From an uncultured actinomycete (GTDB taxonomy: Bacteria; Actinomycetota; Acidimicrobiia; Spongiisociales; UBA5794), in NCBI GenBank assembly GCA_942491345.1, contig CALOAN010000020.1, positions 257,671 to 321,670 on the forward strand: a stretch of 64,000 bases of DNA. Direction: 5' to 3'. Shown here one piece after another: positions 19,530 through 27,439 of the stretch (positions are counted from its first letter, which is position 1; every line of letters begins with the position of its first letter). Under the pieces are notes generated by a model. The model worked only from the letters and a program-made list of their open reading frames with translations, was not told where the DNA came from and ran no database searches. The position numbers and the translations under genes were made by a program.

Positions 19530-19717
19530 AGGCTGACCCTCGAGTGTTCGAGCTCTTCTCTGAATCGCGTGCTGAGGGTTCCAGACGCCCTGTTTGGCGT
19601 CTCGAGCCGACCGTTCACAAGGTAGTTTCGGATGCAGGTTGGGACGGCGAAAGGCGTGAGATCCCGGCGAGAAATGACAGGGATCCGGTGCAGCCGGCCG
19701 GCCGGCCGAGATGACGA

Positions 19718-21076
19718 TCAAGCGGGTTGGGTATCGGGCGCACGGATCGGGAGCGAAACGGTGAACGTCGTCTGTTCCGGGTTCGAGTCGACCTCGATCG
19801 TTCCCCGATGCTGGTTGGCCACGATGTCGTAGACCGTGTCGAGACCGAGGCCGGTGCCGCGTCCCGGTTCCTTCGTCGTGAAGAACGCCTCGAAAATGCG
19901 GTCCCTGACCGGCGGCGGGATCTCGGGGCCGTTGTTTGCGACCGTGATCACGATGGACTCGTCGCGAGTTCTTGCCGTCAGCGTGATCTGGCCATTATCG
20001 GTCCCGGCGTCGTGGATAGCGTCAGCCGCGTTGTCGATGAGGTTCGTCCATACTTGATTGAGTCTGCTTCCGTAGGCCTGGATTGTCGGCAGGCCGGATT
20101 CGTAGTCCCGGACCACCGTGAGGTCGCTCGTCTTCGACTTGAGGATCAGCAGGGTGTCTTCGATCCCGCGTGCGACGTCAACGTTCTGGACGGGAGCCTG
20201 ATCTAGATAGGAGTACGACTTGAGTGCTGCGACCAGGTCGCTGAGCCGCCTCGAGCCCTCCGCAACTTCGGCGACGAGCGCGTCGACCTCAGCGCGTGAG
20301 GCCAGTACCTCAACGACTGCTGCCGCCGTTGCTTCGTGCAGATCGAGGTCGGCGGCTCGGTAGCCGGCCTCTGCGAGAACCGGAGCCACACGCCACGCTT
20401 CCTCGATCCCGAATCCGTCGAGCGCCGCCTCGAGGCTGTCCTCGTTTTCGGCTCGTTCCATTGGGCTTGCTGCCGACGGTCCGGCTGCCGAAGGACCGGG
20501 AACAAGAGCATCGTGTGGGATCGCAGCCTCGGCCCTCACTCTTCGTTCGACGGCAGCTGCGACCAGCGATGATCCCCGTGTGACGGCAGCCGCCGGGTTG
20601 TTCATTTCGTGAGCGAGGCCCGCAGTGAGCACCCCGATCTGAGCCATGTGCTCGGACTGGCGAAGTCGCGATTGCTGCTCCCGCCACCGAGCGATGAACA
20701 CGTTGAACAGAGCGTGCACTACGCGGACATCCGATTCGAGCAGGGCATCGAGCGCTGCTTTCGGGATCGAGACGAGTTCGGTGTCACCGAGCGCACGAGC
20801 CGTCGCGCTCCGCGGTTCGCCGGTGAGGAGCGACATCTCGCCCACGATCTGCCCGGGTCCGGAGATTGCGATACGCACGGACTGATCGGCCGACGCCTTG
20901 AGAATCTCGATCTCTCCGGATGTGACGACGTACGCCGTGTCGCCCGCGTCGCCCTCTTCGAACAGCGTGGCGCCCCGCAGCAGCACACAGGTTGTGACGT
21001 CACTGCTCAGGCGGGCGAGCGCGTCATCATCGAGACCGGAGAACAGATCGACGGAGCGAAGGTCGAATGAGTTCAC
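19718..21076 (-). CDS. Cyclic-nucleotide-binding domain histidine kinase
   Basis: 452 aa. N-terminal cNMP-binding fold (LFEEGDAGDTAYVVTSGEIEI, GEMSLL), H-box LAHEMNNP, and HATPase N/G boxes (NLIDNA, GTGLGL). Confidence 0.85.
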   Translation of the reverse strand: MNSFDLRSVDLFSGLDDDALARLSSDVTTCVLLRGATLFEEGDAGDTAYVVTSGEIEILKASADQSVRIAISGPGQIVGEMSLLTGEPRSATARALGDTELVSIPKAALDALLESDVRVVHALFNVFIARWREQQSRLRQSEHMAQIGVLTAGLAHEMNNPAAAVTRGSSLVAAAVERRVRAEAAIPHDALVPGPSAAGPSAASPMERAENEDSLEAALDGFGIEEAWRVAPVLAEAGYRAADLDLHEATAAAVVEVLASRAEVDALVAEVAEGSRRLSDLVAALKSYSYLDQAPVQNVDVARGIEDTLLILKSKTSDLTVVRDYESGLPTIQAYGSRLNQVWTNLIDNAADAIHDAGTDNGQITLTARTRDESIVITVANNGPEIPPPVRDRIFEAFFTTKEPGRGTGLGLDTVYDIVANQHRGTIEVDSNPEQTTFTVSLPIRAPDTQPA

Positions 21077-22725
21077 ACGGTATCGAGGTATCGATGAACG
21101 AGCGTGACAGCAACCGAGCCTTCACCGACAGCAGACGCAACTCGCCGGACGGCCCCTTCCCGGATGTCGCCTGCTGCAAACACCCCGGGAGCCGAGGTCT
21201 CGAGCGGGAACGGATCGCGGCTCAGGGTCCAATCAGATGTGAACGTTGTGACGTCGGAGCCCGTGTAGATGAAACCCCGCTCGTTCATGGCCAGGGTGCC
21301 TTCGAGGAAAGAAGAATGCGGCACAGCTCCGACGAAGATGAACAATGCAGAAGCGGGACGGGTTTCTTCCGTTCCGGCTGCAAGGTTCTGGAGGCGGATC
21401 GACTCGACCGTTGTGGTGCCCTCGACGTCGACGACGCGAGTGCCGGTGAGCACTTCGATGTTCTCGATGGCGGCGATCTGATCGACCAGATACTGCGACA
21501 TCTTCTGTTCGAGCGACTCGGAGCGCACCACCATCGTGACCTTCGAAGACGTCTTCGAGAACATGACGGCGGCCTGCCCTGCCGAGTTGGCGCCTCCGAT
21601 CACATAAACGTGGCGGTCCTGGTAGGTCGCCGCTTCGGTTGCCGCCGCTCCGTAGTACACGCCGGCACCTTCGAATCGGGCGTACCCGGGAACCTCGAGC
21701 TTCCGCACGGTCATACCGCTTGCGATCACGAGGGCGCGGCATTTCAGCTCGGTCTTGTCCGTGAGGACGATCGTCTTGACCGTGTGACCGATCCGGACGT
21801 CGGCGACTTCGGCCGGCGTGATCAATTCCGCTCCGAGGCGGGTTGCCTGGGCAATCGCTCGACGTGCCAGATCGGCGCCACTCACGCCCTTCGGAAAGCC
21901 GAGGTAGTTCTCAATGCGAGAGCTCGTCCCGGCCTGGCCGCCCGGTGCTTCTCGTTCGAGCAGCACGGTCGAGAGGCCTTCGGAGGCGCCGTATACCGCG
22001 GCGGCGAGTCCGGCGGGCCCGCCGCCGATGATGGCGAGATCGTAGAACGGCGCCTCAGGCGTTGAGTGAATCCCGGCTGCCGCCGCCAATTCGGGTTTTG
22101 ACGGCTGGAGCAGGATCGAGTCGTCCGGCAGGATGACCACAGGGAGTCTGGATTCGGTGGCGTGAGCAGCAGCAGCTGTTGCGGCGGCTTCTGTGTCTCT
22201 CTCGATATCGAGGAATCGGTATGGCACCTCGTTGCGGGCCAGGAACGCCTTGATCTCATAGGTTGCCGGCGACCACGTGGTGCCCAGCACGCTGATCCCG
22301 TCGAACGGCACGTCGGCGTGCGCTTGCCAGTCGTCGAGAACGTCATCGAGCACGGGATAGAGGCGCTCTTCGGGCGGGCTCCACGGTTTGAGGAGATACT
22401 GATCGAGACCGACATCGTTGATCGCCTGGATCGCCGCTTCAGTGTCGGCGTATGCGGTCAGGAGCAGTCGCTTGGCTTGCGGGTAGACCTCTTGCGCCGC
22501 AAGGAGGAATTCGGTGCCTGTCATTTCCGGCATGCGCTGGTCGACGACGAAGGCGGCAACCGTTCTGGACCGAAGCTTGAGCTCTCGCACCGTCTCGAGT
22601 CCCTCGGGTCCTGAGGTCGCCGCAACAATCTGATACGTAGAGCCGTACTGCGATCGGAGGTCGCGGCGAACCGCCCCCAGCACCTGCGGGTCGTCGTCGA
22701 CGGCGAGAATCACCGGTTTGCTCAT
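21073..22725 (-). CDS. Fused response regulator / glutaredoxin-like / thioredoxin-reductase-like flavoprotein
   Basis: 550 aa. REC domain (ILAVDDD, FVVDQRMPEMTG, KPW). FAD fold YDLAIIGGGPAGLAAA, NAD(P) fold VYVIGGANSAGQAA, and C-terminal GVFAAGD. 4-nt overlap with the downstream kinase gene. Confidence 0.85.
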   Translation of the reverse strand: MSKPVILAVDDDPQVLGAVRRDLRSQYGSTYQIVAATSGPEGLETVRELKLRSRTVAAFVVDQRMPEMTGTEFLLAAQEVYPQAKRLLLTAYADTEAAIQAINDVGLDQYLLKPWSPPEERLYPVLDDVLDDWQAHADVPFDGISVLGTTWSPATYEIKAFLARNEVPYRFLDIERDTEAAATAAAAHATESRLPVVILPDDSILLQPSKPELAAAAGIHSTPEAPFYDLAIIGGGPAGLAAAVYGASEGLSTVLLEREAPGGQAGTSSRIENYLGFPKGVSGADLARRAIAQATRLGAELITPAEVADVRIGHTVKTIVLTDKTELKCRALVIASGMTVRKLEVPGYARFEGAGVYYGAAATEAATYQDRHVYVIGGANSAGQAAVMFSKTSSKVTMVVRSESLEQKMSQYLVDQIAAIENIEVLTGTRVVDVEGTTTVESIRLQNLAAGTEETRPASALFIFVGAVPHSSFLEGTLAMNERGFIYTGSDVTTFTSDWTLSRDPFPLETSAPGVFAAGDIREGAVRRVASAVGEGSVAVTLVHRYLDTV

Positions 22726-22827
22726 CTGCTCCCCAGGGTGGTCGCGCTCGATCCTATCGCGATGGCGTACACCACGGAGGCCGACGGCTTCGCTACGCTC
22801 AGAACTTCTCGGGAGGAGGGTAGAGCG

Positions 22828-23625
22828 GTGGCCGAAGGTGCTCGTATCGTGGTGCTCGGCACTCGCGGGTCAACTCCTGTGTCCGGGGCTGAGTTCGTTC
22901 GGTACGGCGGGAACACGTCATCGTTCGCGATTTCGATCGGCAGCCGAGTTGTCGGGTTCATCGATGCCGGAACCGGGCTGTTGGCCTACCCATCGTGCGA
23001 CCTCGAGCTCGCGCCATCGATCGACGTGTTTCTCACGCACTACCACTGGGATCACATCCAGGGACTCTCCATGCTCGAGGCGCTGTGGTCGGGAGACGCT
23101 GAGATCGTGATCCATGGTCCCGGCGGACCGGAGCGTGCCTTGACGGCCGTGATCACTCCTCCATGGTTCCCGGTATCGCTCGCCGAGGCTCCGGGGGTTC
23201 GTTTCGAGACCATCGGTCGGCCCGTCGAGATCCAGGGGCTGGCTATCACGCCGTTCGAGATCGAGCATCCGCAGGGTGCTGTCGGCTACCGCGTCGACGG
23301 GCCACGCGCGAGTGTCGCGGTGGTGACGGATCACGAGGCCGGAACCCAGCGGGACGTTTCGATCACTCGGGCAATTCGCGGAGTCGACGTGCTCATTCAC
23401 GATGCTCAGTACACGCCGGATGAGATGCCGATTCGCCGGGGATGGGGCCACTCGACCTGGGAGGGAGCCGTTGATGCCGCCGAGGCAGCGGGCATAGAGC
23501 GGCTGCTGCTGACGAGCCTGGATCCCCGCACCACGGATGACGACGCTGAGTCGATCTTGGCGCTTGCCAGACGACGGTTCCGTAACACAGATATCGCCGC
23601 GCCGGGCGTTGTGGTGCCTCTGTGA
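22828..23625 (+). CDS. MBL-fold metallo-hydrolase
   Basis: HYHWDHIQG (HxHxDH) motif. GTG at 22828 follows a GGAGGAGG RBS. The track ORF opens at 22738. Confidence 0.8.
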   Translation: MAEGARIVVLGTRGSTPVSGAEFVRYGGNTSSFAISIGSRVVGFIDAGTGLLAYPSCDLELAPSIDVFLTHYHWDHIQGLSMLEALWSGDAEIVIHGPGGPERALTAVITPPWFPVSLAEAPGVRFETIGRPVEIQGLAITPFEIEHPQGAVGYRVDGPRASVAVVTDHEAGTQRDVSITRAIRGVDVLIHDAQYTPDEMPIRRGWGHSTWEGAVDAAEAAGIERLLLTSLDPRTTDDDAESILALARRRFRNTDIAAPGVVVPL

Positions 23626-24830
23626 AGTTCGCGGCGATCGCACCACCGCGCCTGAGGACCGCCGAGGAATCGGAACGTACCGCGACCTGGCTCGAGCTCT
23701 TCTACGACCTTGTTTTCGTCGCCGCCGTTGCGATGATGGGGACGCGGCTCGTCAGCGACGTCTCATGGGCCGGCGTCGCTTCCTATCTCGCGTATTTCGC
23801 GCTCGTGTGGTGGCTGTGGGCGAGCCACACGTTCTACGCCGACCGCTACGACACCGACGATCTCATCTATCGCCTTCTCGCCGGCGCCCAAATGGTGGCT
23901 GTGGCCGTGATTGCCGTTTCGCTCTCATTGGGCGAGGCGGGATCGACGCAGGTATTTGCGCTCGGATACACGGCGACCCGGTTCACGCTGTTGCTCCTGT
24001 ATGCCAGGGCATACCGCCACGTGCCCGGCACCCGTGCGTTGGTGCGGGGCTATCTCATCGGCTTCGGGACGGCGTCGGCGATCTGGTTGGTTTCCATTGC
24101 GACCCCGGAGCCTGCGCGGTTCTGGCTCTGGGGCGTCGCGTTCGCGGTCGATCTAGCGACCCCGTACGCAGTCCGAAAGATCCAAGCTGCATCCCCGCTC
24201 GACCGGTCACACCTGCCGGAGCGGTTCGGCCTGTTCACCATCCTGGTGCTTGGCGAATCGATCGTCGCCGTGACCGTCGGGCTGAGCCATGTTGCCTGGC
24301 AAACGCCAACAACAATCGTGGGAATCCTCGGCCTTGGAGCGGCGACATGTCTGTGGTGGATCAACTTCGAACACCTCGATGGCTCGGTCATACGGAGGCG
24401 AGGGGAGGGGAAGAACTGGCGCCCGACCGTGTGGATCTACAGCCACCTTCCGCTCGCTGCGGCTCTGGCTATGTTCGGGGTATCCGTCGAGCTCGCCATC
24501 ATCGGAGCCGATCACGGTCATGAATACTCGAGCAATGATCGGTGGCTCCTCGCGGCGTCCGTGGCGCTTGCCTACGCAGCAATGGCCGGAATCCAGATTG
24601 CCTCGGTGCGAGCTGGGCAAGAACACCTTCGGGCATCGGCCATTCGCGCTCGACTCGCAGGGATCCCGCTGGTGCTCATCATCGGCTTGATTCCGGGTCT
24701 CGGTGCGGTGTGGACCATGGCGCTCGTCACGGCAGTCTGCACCGCAGAGGTGCTGGTGGACCTCTTCGCTGCGAACCCCGAATTCATCAGCGCCCTGTCG
24801 GCATCCCTCCGTGTGGAAGACGATTCCTGA
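23622..24830 (+). CDS. Low temperature requirement protein A (LtrA) family membrane protein
   Basis: 402 aa polytopic protein. The N-terminal ATWLELFYDLVFVAAV is the characteristic LtrA motif. GTGA overlap with the MBL gene. Confidence 0.8.
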   Translation: MKFAAIAPPRLRTAEESERTATWLELFYDLVFVAAVAMMGTRLVSDVSWAGVASYLAYFALVWWLWASHTFYADRYDTDDLIYRLLAGAQMVAVAVIAVSLSLGEAGSTQVFALGYTATRFTLLLLYARAYRHVPGTRALVRGYLIGFGTASAIWLVSIATPEPARFWLWGVAFAVDLATPYAVRKIQAASPLDRSHLPERFGLFTILVLGESIVAVTVGLSHVAWQTPTTIVGILGLGAATCLWWINFEHLDGSVIRRRGEGKNWRPTVWIYSHLPLAAALAMFGVSVELAIIGADHGHEYSSNDRWLLAASVALAYAAMAGIQIASVRAGQEHLRASAIRARLAGIPLVLIIGLIPGLGAVWTMALVTAVCTAEVLVDLFAANPEFISALSASLRVEDDS

Positions 24831-24879
24831 CCGGCAGAAGTTGTTCCCCGGCTTCGCGGGTGTCGACCGCCCCTGGGCT

Positions 24880-25224
24880 CTAAAGGTCGGTTCGGACCGT
24901 TGTAGCCTCGGTGTCGCGAGCGAATCGCTTGAGGACGCTGCGATTGAGACAATGCCACGTGCGGGGGCCATCGTCTTCAGTCCGGAGGATGTTCGCCGTC
25001 CTGAGGATTCGGAGGTGCTCGGAGACGGTGGACTGAGCGAGTGCCAGGTGATCGGAAATCTGTCCGACGGTGTGAGGCTTGCACTCCTGGAAGAACTCGA
25101 TGATCTCCATGCGCGCCGGGTGGCCCATCGCCTTGGCGATCGCGGCCATCTCCTCACAGCTGAGTGGCGCCGGATCAACCGGTGGGTCGTCATCGAGGCA
25201 CGCCTGCGGAGGGCTGAGATCCAT
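24880..25224 (-). CDS. ArsR/SmtB family transcriptional regulator
   Basis: 114 aa. AKAMGHPARMEIIEFF...VGQISDHLALAQSTVSEHLRILR is the winged HTH of the ArsR family. Confidence 0.85.
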   Translation of the reverse strand: MDLSPPQACLDDDPPVDPAPLSCEEMAAIAKAMGHPARMEIIEFFQECKPHTVGQISDHLALAQSTVSEHLRILRTANILRTEDDGPRTWHCLNRSVLKRFARDTEATTVRTDL

Positions 25225-25361
25225 GGATACGAGCGTACCAAGGGATCTTCGGCGTGTATGGGGCCGAAAGACCGTTCATCGTCGATGAGCGGTGTCGCCT
25301 CCGCGGGGCCGATCTCGTCGCTTTGATACGAAATGTAAAGATAGGGACTGAGGACTCTATC

Positions 25362-25385
25362 GTTAATCGTCGAAAGACGATTAAC
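25362..25385. promoter_or_regulatory. Perfect 10-bp inverted repeat GTTAATCGTC-GAAA-GACGATTAAC
   Basis: Read from the sequence, in the most AT-rich patch of the window, between arsR and the gene at 25432. Operator or RNA hairpin with a GAAA loop. Confidence 0.4.
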
Positions 25386-25392
25386 TCCCTCT

Positions 25393-25410
25393 TTGTGAAC
25401 CCAATCACAA
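25393..25410. promoter_or_regulatory. Perfect CRP/GlxR-type site TTGTGA-ACCCAA-TCACAA
   Basis: TGTGA-N6-TCACA consensus matched exactly at 25394-25409, 22 nt upstream of the ATG at 25432 and 10 nt upstream of the AGGAGG RBS. Confidence 0.5.
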
Positions 25411-25431
25411 ACCGCCGCTAGGAGGCAACAA

Positions 25432-26139
25432 ATGGCAAAACGGCTCCGAACCCTCGGAATCGCCCTATCAGTAATCGGCCTGCTCTTCGTCGTCGGAGGT
25501 GGAGTGGCCTACACCCAGGTGCAGGACGGATACAACTCACTCCAGTCGTTCAGCGAAGCGCAGAACGTACAACTCAGCTACAACGAAGACGGACAACTCA
25601 TCGATCGCGGAACCACCGAAGGTGCCGATGCGATCATGATGCTGTTGACGGAGGACTGGGGCTACCCGGTCAAGGAAGCGGATCTCGATCCCAACGACCC
25701 GCTCGTGAACACGGCTTCTGAGTACATGTTCCAGATGGCGACGATCACTTACCACACACTGTACGGCACCCAGACCGTGGTGCTGACTGAGCCTGTTGAG
25801 TACAACGGCGAGACCTTCGCCGCTGGCGAGTACCAGTTTGACGTCAACGGCTTCTACTGGACCGACTTCGATCGGATGCATCCGATCGAGGGCCCGGCAC
25901 GTGACCAGGCGTGGAACGGAACAGCACATGCTCTGATCGCCGAACTCGGCGTAGGGACCGTGACCCATTCCGCGCTCCAACTCGGCCTTGCACTCGCAGG
26001 GACGCTGGCAGCGATCGGCCTCACAGTCCTGGTCGCCGGCCTCGGTTTGGTCTGGGCGACGAAGGAAGAGAAGGCCACGAAGCCGCAGCCGCCGGCAACC
26101 GAGCCTGACGCGAAGAAGGAACTCGAGCCGGTTGGCTGA
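25432..26139 (+). CDS. Hypothetical membrane-anchored protein (N- and C-terminal TM segments, extracytoplasmic middle)
   Basis: 235 aa. AGGAGG RBS. TM segments LGIALSVIGLLFVVGGGVAY and LALAGTLAAIGLTVLVAGLGLVW. No recognised domain. Confidence 0.6.
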   Translation: MAKRLRTLGIALSVIGLLFVVGGGVAYTQVQDGYNSLQSFSEAQNVQLSYNEDGQLIDRGTTEGADAIMMLLTEDWGYPVKEADLDPNDPLVNTASEYMFQMATITYHTLYGTQTVVLTEPVEYNGETFAAGEYQFDVNGFYWTDFDRMHPIEGPARDQAWNGTAHALIAELGVGTVTHSALQLGLALAGTLAAIGLTVLVAGLGLVWATKEEKATKPQPPATEPDAKKELEPVG

Positions 26140-26178
26140 TCGAGTTCGAAGACCTGCCGGCTAGGTAGGCGACGAGAC

Positions 26179-26205
26179 GGGGCCCCGCCGATTCGGCGGG
26201 GCCCC
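26179..26205. terminator. Bidirectional hairpin terminator between convergent genes
   Basis: Perfect 12-bp GC stem GGGGCCCCGCCG / CGGCGGGGCCCC with an ATT loop, followed by GGTTGTTG. Confidence 0.6.
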
Positions 26206-26235
26206 GGTTGTTGCGGGCCTGAAGGTGTGTGCTGG

Positions 26236-26589
26236 TTAGCGACCGGGCCCGAGAAGCGGACAGAGGAAGAATGCATCACCCTCGTCCATCTCGCCGTCCT
26301 CGTTCAGGTCGAGCCACCACCGCCCGCCGACGTAGCCGTGATCACCCGGGCCGTACTGGGTCACGAGCCCATTGTCAGTCGGGATCAATTGCTGAAACCG
26401 GCCCCTCATCGGCAAATCGGCCTTAACGATCGAATCGTATGTCAGCCCGGTGCTGAGGACCGTCACCTGCACATCGGATCCGGGTCGACCGTTGCTGTCA
26501 CCGGACCTTCCGTTCGAAGCCAGAGCCGGCATTGTCATCAGCACGGTCAGGAGACCGGCCAACAGGCCGATCAACAGAGTCTTGCGCAT
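26236..26589 (-). CDS. Small secreted hypothetical protein
   Basis: 117 aa from the internal ATG at 26589. Signal peptide MRKTLLIGLLAGLLTVLMTMPALA. The upstream part of track ORF 26236..26808 looks non-coding. Confidence 0.6.
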   Translation of the reverse strand: MRKTLLIGLLAGLLTVLMTMPALASNGRSGDSNGRPGSDVQVTVLSTGLTYDSIVKADLPMRGRFQQLIPTDNGLVTQYGPGDHGYVGGRWWLDLNEDGEMDEGDAFFLCPLLGPGR

Positions 26590-26740
26590 CGTTGCTCCTT
26601 TGCATATGCGTGTCGCCGCTTTGACGACGCAACCAACGATGGACGACCCGACTGAACGCCGCAGGAACTGCCACTGAACAAACGGTGAACTCGGGTTGGA
26701 ACACCAGACGAGTCGACTCGTTGCCCGTACGATGACAACC

Positions 26741-27439
26741 ATGGAAGAAACGGCCGGTACGGTTCTCGTGGTGGACGACGAGGACATTGTTCGCGAAGTC
26801 GTCTGCACCTACCTCGAACGTGAGGGGTACACGACCCTGCAGGCTTCGGCCGGGCGCGCTGCCGTCGCGCTCATCGAATCCGAGCGGCCGGACCTGATCG
26901 TGCTCGACGTGATGCTGCCAGAGATCGATGGATACAGCATCCTCGCCGAGCTCCGAAAACGGGCCGATATCCCCGTCATTCTCCTCACCGCGCGCACTGA
27001 GGAGACTGACCGAGTGCTCGGCCTCGAGCTCGGAGCGGATGACTACGTCGTCAAGCCCTTCTCGCCGCGAGAGCTCGCCGCACGAGTTCGAACGGTCCTT
27101 CGACGATCGGGGCGCGCCAACCCGCCGCCTCCGGCGCCGTCGCTGGCGTTCGACGGCCTGGAGATCGACGGCCGGAGCAGGGAAGTGCGGGTCGACGGAC
27201 AGCCGGTCGAATTGACGGCGAAGGAGTTCGACCTCCTCGCGTTCCTCGCATCAGCCCCGAGACAGGTCTTCTCACGTAGTCAGCTGCTCGAACAGGTGTG
27301 GGAGTCCTCGACCGACTGGCAGGACGCCTCAACGGTGACGGTCCACATCCGTAGGATCCGGCGCAAGATCGAACGCGATCCCAACGAACCGCGCTGGATC
27401 GCCACGGTGTGGGGCGTTGGCTACCGGTTCGAGTCATGA
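26741..27439 (+). CDS. OmpR/PhoB family response regulator
   Basis: REC domain (VLVVDDE, LIVLDVMLPEIDG, KPF) plus a winged-helix output domain (LTAKEFDLLAFL, VWGVGYRF). Start could be 26696, 26732 or 26741. Confidence 0.85.
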   Translation: MEETAGTVLVVDDEDIVREVVCTYLEREGYTTLQASAGRAAVALIESERPDLIVLDVMLPEIDGYSILAELRKRADIPVILLTARTEETDRVLGLELGADDYVVKPFSPRELAARVRTVLRRSGRANPPPPAPSLAFDGLEIDGRSREVRVDGQPVELTAKEFDLLAFLASAPRQVFSRSQLLEQVWESSTDWQDASTVTVHIRRIRRKIERDPNEPRWIATVWGVGYRFES

